From positions 129,238 to 193,237 of the forward strand of contig JBAYVF010000001.1 of NCBI GenBank assembly GCA_041674705.1: DNA of 64,000 nucleotides, written 5' to 3'. The position numbers were made by a program, and so were the translations under genes. This DNA comes from Candidatus Omnitrophota bacterium. GTDB lineage: Bacteria; Omnitrophota; Omnitrophia; Omnitrophales; Aquincolibacteriaceae. Of this stretch, positions 63,745 to 64,000 are shown piece by piece (within the stretch, counting starts at the first letter, position 1; every line of letters begins with the position of its first letter). The notes beneath the pieces are model-generated. The model worked only from the letters and a program-made list of their open reading frames with translations. It made no database searches and was not told the origin of the DNA.

Positions 63745-63808
63745 CGCAGCCTGGTAGCGCACACGCTTGGGGTGCGTGCGGTCGAAGGTTCAAATCCTTT
63801 CGCCCCGA
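63735..63808 (+). tRNA. tRNA-Pro (TGG)
   Basis: Manual cloverleaf: acceptor CGGGGCG/CGCCCCG, D arm GCGC-AGCCTGGTA-GCGC, anticodon stem CACGC/GCGTG with loop TTGGGGT, T arm GAAGG-TTCAAAT-CCTTT. Confidence 0.9.
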
Positions 63809-63817
63809 AATTCAGAA

Positions 63818-63847
63818 AGCCTGGGAGTTTATCTCCCGGGCTTTTTG
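63818..63847 (+). terminator. intrinsic terminator after tRNA-Pro
   Basis: AGCCTGGGAG / CTCCCGGGCT stem followed by TTTTT. Confidence 0.75.
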
Positions 63848-63941
63848 TGTTTATGGAGGCGGACGAGAGATTTTTCGCCAAAGGACGAATCCGTCCGACG
63901 CAGTGTGGCGGAGAAGGAAGCGTTTGCAAGGGCGGGTGGCC

Positions 63942-64000
63942 GTCCCAATTGACAATTAGTGCTTTAAAGAAAATTGGGACTGCATTGATTTCCAATTATT
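63942..64000. repeat. REP/BIME-like unit (GTCCCAAT...ATTGGGAC), array continues off the right edge
   Basis: GTCCCAATTGACAATTAGTGCTTTAAAGAAAATTGGGAC followed by the TG junction. Confidence 0.65.

Overview
This 64-kb window looks like an ordinary chromosomal segment of a diderm bacterium. The diderm call rests on LptF/G, HldD, a TpsB-type transporter and beta-barrel OMPs; I cannot place the lineage from sequence alone. I call about 75 CDS and 2 tRNAs. There is no rRNA, no CRISPR array, and no integrase, transposase, reverse-transcriptase or recognisable defence-system ORF.

Gene content is mostly housekeeping:
- two paralogous electron-transfer-flavoprotein (ETF) modules flanking a Pit phosphate-uptake unit (1-9705)
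- an envelope, thiamine and threonine block (9886-15133)
- a histidine kinase, PilT and an AI-2E transporter
- folate and RNA-modification genes (folB, m5U methyltransferase, trmB, rluB)
- an Rrf2-headed sulfur amino-acid cluster (metY, yezD, OMP, cysK, metX, metW)
- queF and tpx
- DsbD-like protein and LptF/G
- tRNA(CAT), tilS, ftsH, folP
- yebC, ruvC, ruvA, ruvB
- DUF2905, cdaA, cdaR, pdxJ, nnrD
- DJ-1, CYTH, efp
- DHH, TpsB, LemA, TPM, TPM
- malQ
- DsbA/MauE
- a GIY-YIG ORF fused to the 5' edge of tRNA-Pro

I found no convincing novel multi-gene protein system. The most unusual content is non-coding, in three intergenic element families:
1. A REP/BIME-like 41-nt palindromic unit at 7 loci, with compensatory stem changes. 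It often ends flush against start codons.
2. Three 103-122-bp elements bounded by CCCCGTTAGAG / CTCTAACGGGG inverted termini. Two of them end 4-6 nt before an ATG.
3. Long imperfect hairpins just after stop codons whose arms are built from tandem heptamers. Each locus uses a different heptamer.

Secondary points are a fused EtfB-EtfA polypeptide, and a colinear EtfA paralog whose FAD-binding signature is replaced by a Cys/His-rich segment. All functional calls come from reading the translations; no searches were run.
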